DNA of 64,000 nt. It comes from Callorhinchus milii. Its lineage: Eukaryota. Under the pieces are notes generated by a model, which was not told the DNA's origin, searched no databases, and was given only the letters and a program-made list of their open reading frames with translations. Positions 60,001-64,000 of this stretch are shown here, one piece after another; within the stretch, counting starts at the first letter, position 1, and each line of letters begins with the position of its first letter. The DNA is taken from NCBI RefSeq assembly GCF_018977255.1, contig NW_024705126.1, forward strand, positions 1 to 64,000, in the 5' to 3' direction. The translations under genes were made by a program, and so were the position numbers.

Positions 60001-63000
60001 AGCTTTGCCCTGAAGGAATTTAACGGCACGGTTCAAGTCGATTTAGCCATCGACACGTGACGAACAATTATTATTATGGATAAAAGATCATGTGATAAGA
60101 GAGCCATCGCTAAGGGGAGCCTTATACGAGTGGCTCCGTCGCGTTGAACACTTTCGTGGGCTCGCGAAGTGCATAATAGGAGGTAACGTGTCTTTGCCGT
60201 AAGTGTTCGCGCGTCGGCCTACTAGAAAGGGCTTTACACCGCCGCACCCGTTGAAGGACGCTGCCGATATTATTGGTAATTATCTCTTTATACCGACCGC
60301 AGTTAATGCGGTAGCCAGGGAGGATTGACAAGAAAGACAACTGTTAAGTTGACCTATCCGCCAGATAATAAGCAACGTGTAGCGGACGCTTTCACTGATT
60401 CACGCCAAGGGCGCTCGAGGAGTAATACTGTTGTCCGTGGGGCCTCAATTTCTCACTAACACCAACACTGAGTAACGCGTGCGCAGGAGCCTCTCGACAC
60501 TCAGGACGACACAAGCTTGACGAAATGGCGGCGGATTCCCTCCGACACGAGGCTAGGTAATTATTCATTGACAGATGCCAGGCGCAACCATAATGGCGGT
60601 ACCATCGTTAGGTAGAACTCGATGGAATTCTCTCTCTTGATATATATGCTGCGGGACCGTCTCATAAGATCACCTGTGTTGACTAAGAAATATCTCATCC
60701 AGGCACATCGCGTGTAGGTCTGATCACAACTTTCGACATAGCCACGGGAGAGGTGAGCTTATTGTAGTGTACTGACAACCCTCTTGTCGCTAATCAACAA
60801 ATCGAAATGTTTAGATAACTCTGCACTTGTGGACGTGTTTAACATAGCGATGTCAACACAACGGGACACTACAAGGACCACGGTTTTGGCGCAGGGAACC
60901 GTCAGGTGACGACCAGTTAGCCAATAGGTTTTACATGACACACCCTAATCCAGGATAACCAATGGTTAACGTAGACTGAGTGACATATAGGCTGCCACAT
61001 ATCACGTATTTAACAAGATCGAGTAGGCAGGGCGCTTGATACCGAGAACGCCCATACATTTGACTCCCCGGGAACGTATTTGAGCTCGTGAGTTCGCTCC
61101 CTTTAGATACCCTCTCCCGTCCTGTAGATAAATTAGTTGGTAACGAGCGCCCCTTCGCGCGATACCTCCGTAAGTGGCGAACGGCGAAGAACCCAAGCCT
61201 ACTCAAATGCCAATACGATGTTATATTATTGCGGATATGGCCCGGCACAATTGGAGCCGTGAGGCTACCGAGGCAAAGTACACTTCACACCAGCACCGCT
61301 TTGCTGACATCCTCTCCATTGACTCGTGAAGTTTGTAATTATACTGAACCTCCAGGAAAGGCTTCCCATCGAGGGCGACAGAGTGTTCTTGAATGGTTCG
61401 GTTCATTAGGTGGCCCGAGCTTGCCGTCGGCGTGCCTGCTTGGCTGTTACAGGAATTATTGTACTGTGTATACTGGGCACAAGGGGACCTTAGTGAACGA
61501 GATAGCTTCATAAGGCGTGGTGTAAATATCATGATGTACTGGAATCATGACTATAGAGTGGTTGCTGTCCGCCGGAAACGTTGGGCGGGTGCAGTTCTCG
61601 CTCAAAGAAGTTTCAATAGGCCATCTCCCGAGAGAAATTTCTTGTCCATGGATCATAAGGTAAAGACAAGGGCAACCCGTCTTACCTTCAAAGGCCCACA
61701 ATGCCACGAATCATCCCTATTTAACATCCAGGCGCGGAGGCGCAGCTAAAGTGTATGCTTAAGTTCGAGAGCGGAGGATTTCATCTTGATTAGTTCCGGC
61801 GCCACTTACCCCCTAGTCCAAATGATGTAACATCGACTGTAAGAGCGACGTGGTGCGAAGCGATATATTCGGCATCTGTTGACCTTCGCAGAGCGAAAAA
61901 CTGGTGATTGAAGCTCGCATAGCCACGCTCTCGTTCATACACACCTCTGCACTCCAGTTCTCGGTGAATATGCCTTCGTGTGCGTGTCATACATACTAGC
62001 CACGGATGGTGTTGGTGAGGAGCTATTTGACTTCCTGTAAATCCTTTACACCGAGAATTCGAACGGACATAGGTATGCTTTACTATCTTACCCCTCGGAA
62101 TTACAGGAGTCGTTCACTGGCTCGTCGGAGATAGGTTAAGCTAAACGTGTCTATATCGCTCCCAGTGGTAAACAACGAGGGGCTGTGCCGATAAAAACAA
62201 GCTCGTTGGCAGCTGGCTCACGAGATTTCTCCTATGAAGCGCCGATGTCTTCAGAAGGATTCTGTACGGTGAAGGGATTCCTGGCGGCAACGGCACGAGT
62301 AAGCTTCTGTTAAGCGCCTTGAGCCTCTAGACGACTACATAGCCTGCTTCTTATCGTAACAATGGATGTATGCATTAAGAAACATGGATTCATTCTGCGT
62401 ATAGAGAACAAGTGTGCTATTATAATAGCCGAGGCAGATGGTGGCAAGCGTATCCAATAGTAGCCGAGTTTGATGGAGAAGATGTATACTCGTTCTGTAA
62501 CGACTAAATGGCCAACACTAGCTAGCCTTCATGAACCGTGCGAAAGCACACTACCGTTAACTAAGCCAATCGGCTTGTACTAGCCATTTACGAATACTGC
62601 GGGAGTCGCCTTAGGATCGAAGGTATGGCGAAATGGATAGAGCATAATTGGAATGAGCAACGCTCCTCTCTCAAGTGAAAAGATGTTTTATTGTTCCATA
62701 TCGTCCTAGAGACTTACGCCCTTTTCTGGTTATAAAAGTTCACTCACTTAAATAGGGAGACTGTAACCTAACGGGCTGTGTCGGTTGGGATACTTGGACT
62801 GAAGTGGCACCGCGGATAGCGTCGCACTAGTAACACAACGAAAGAGCAACGTGTCCCAGCTCTTCAGTGAGCAAGTGCAACTGTGTTGTCTACCAATTTA
62901 CCAGTACATGGCTCCGTGAGGGACGAATTCGTTGCTTAAACCTTTAGCGTCCCGTCGCTTGTAAGTCGTCCCGACGATATTTCGGCTAACCAGAGAGTGC

Positions 63001-64000
63001 CTTGAAGAGTGTTACGAAGGCTGTCCGACGGGGCTCTATTTCATTCCGTTGCTAGACTGCGCGTATCCCTCTCAACAATGCTAGCTGGGTATGCGAGACA
63101 CCACTATTGGAGACGAAATGGGCGAACAAGCGTTGCTCCGGCCGCTGCTTCGGACTCAAAAAACGTCTACCCTCGGCACATTACTAAACTGAACGAAAAT
63201 GAGTTTCAGATCGGTTGACACCCTTATAGGCAGCTTAAAGTTCGAATTGCAGTGGACAGGACTGCAGTATGACAATTGATAAACTTAGGAATACGGGTCT
63301 TTTATCTTTTAATTTTGGCTTAATTTCACAATCTTCGAGCGAAAATGTTCAGTTGATATCTAAATTACAGTATAAGACCCCACCATAGGAAAGTGTGGTG
63401 AGGCAGCAACCAGTTGGTTGTATTCTGATTCGCACGCCAAAGGTCCACCTGGGCAATTGGGACTTCGCGTACCGGAGATTCCCTCCGGCATATGCTATTG
63501 GTATCCAGGTGGTGAGCGAGACGACCCGGTGGATCTATAGCATGCGTTAGGTTCAATGACATAATAGGCTTTGAACGAGTGTGCTGATGGCAAGGACCTT
63601 AGCAGCTTCTCTGGCATCTAAGAAGTCGATACACGAGTGAGAAGTCGTGCGGTGAGAATCACTCCGTTTACTGCGATTCCCCGTATGATCTGTGAAGCTT
63701 AGCGTGTTTCGCGACCTCGGCGGCAGGGGTAGACTGGCCTAGCTCCCAGACACCACGGATCTGGTGGAAATATAATTTGCGATTTGAGATTATGGACCGC
63801 TAGTTTGGCACCAAATCACCCCCTCATTATGTAGTCCTTATGACGGTTCCCCTCTGCCGGTGATTTCGTTGTTATTCCTGGTTCCAGGTATACTAGGCTA
63901 GACATCGGCGAAGATGCTCATATCCTCCTCGTAGACTATTTTTGCCATTTGCACCTGGACGGATACTATCAATCGTAAGTACACATCCGTAGCGAGGCGC
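51028..64000. other. Featureless random-like sequence with no supportable biological annotation
   Basis: Even-looking base composition, no microsatellites, long homopolymers or TE fragments seen, and only short ORFs (max 141 aa) with no recognisable motifs. Confidence 0.75.

Noticed and set aside
61088-61749. Longest ORFs in the post-gap region
   Set aside because: At 118-141 aa, overlapping on both strands and lacking motifs, they are consistent with random sequence.

Overview
Bases 1-50997 are a repeat-rich vertebrate locus, most likely lamprey or another jawless vertebrate (inferred from the olfactory receptor (OR) type, GC-rich codon usage and repeat content). It holds three same-strand OR genes with intronless coding regions: 351-1333 and 19527-20509 each carry one single-base frameshift, and 38753-39730 is intact. 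OR1 and OR2 lie in a recent tandem duplication of about 18-19 kb whose junction falls at a Tc1 transposon. OR2 and OR3 share a recognisable promoter, a short non-coding first exon and an upstream 5S-rRNA-derived SINE. The rest is nested mobile DNA: three DD34E Tc1 copies (one with an open transposase ORF), a young full-length Gypsy element with near-identical LTRs, an older degraded Gypsy, non-autonomous Helitrons with captured cargo, RepHel remnants, L1/L2/RTE fragments, solo LTRs and a hAT MITE. Penelope-like elements here carry minimal hammerhead-ribozyme motifs with covarying stems. One Tc1 contains an unexplained 445-bp fold-back insert with a 13-bp target duplication. After a 30-N gap (50998-51027), the last 13 kb looks featureless and random-like, and I could not support any biological feature there. 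All coordinates and counts were read by eye; boundaries of degraded repeats are approximate.
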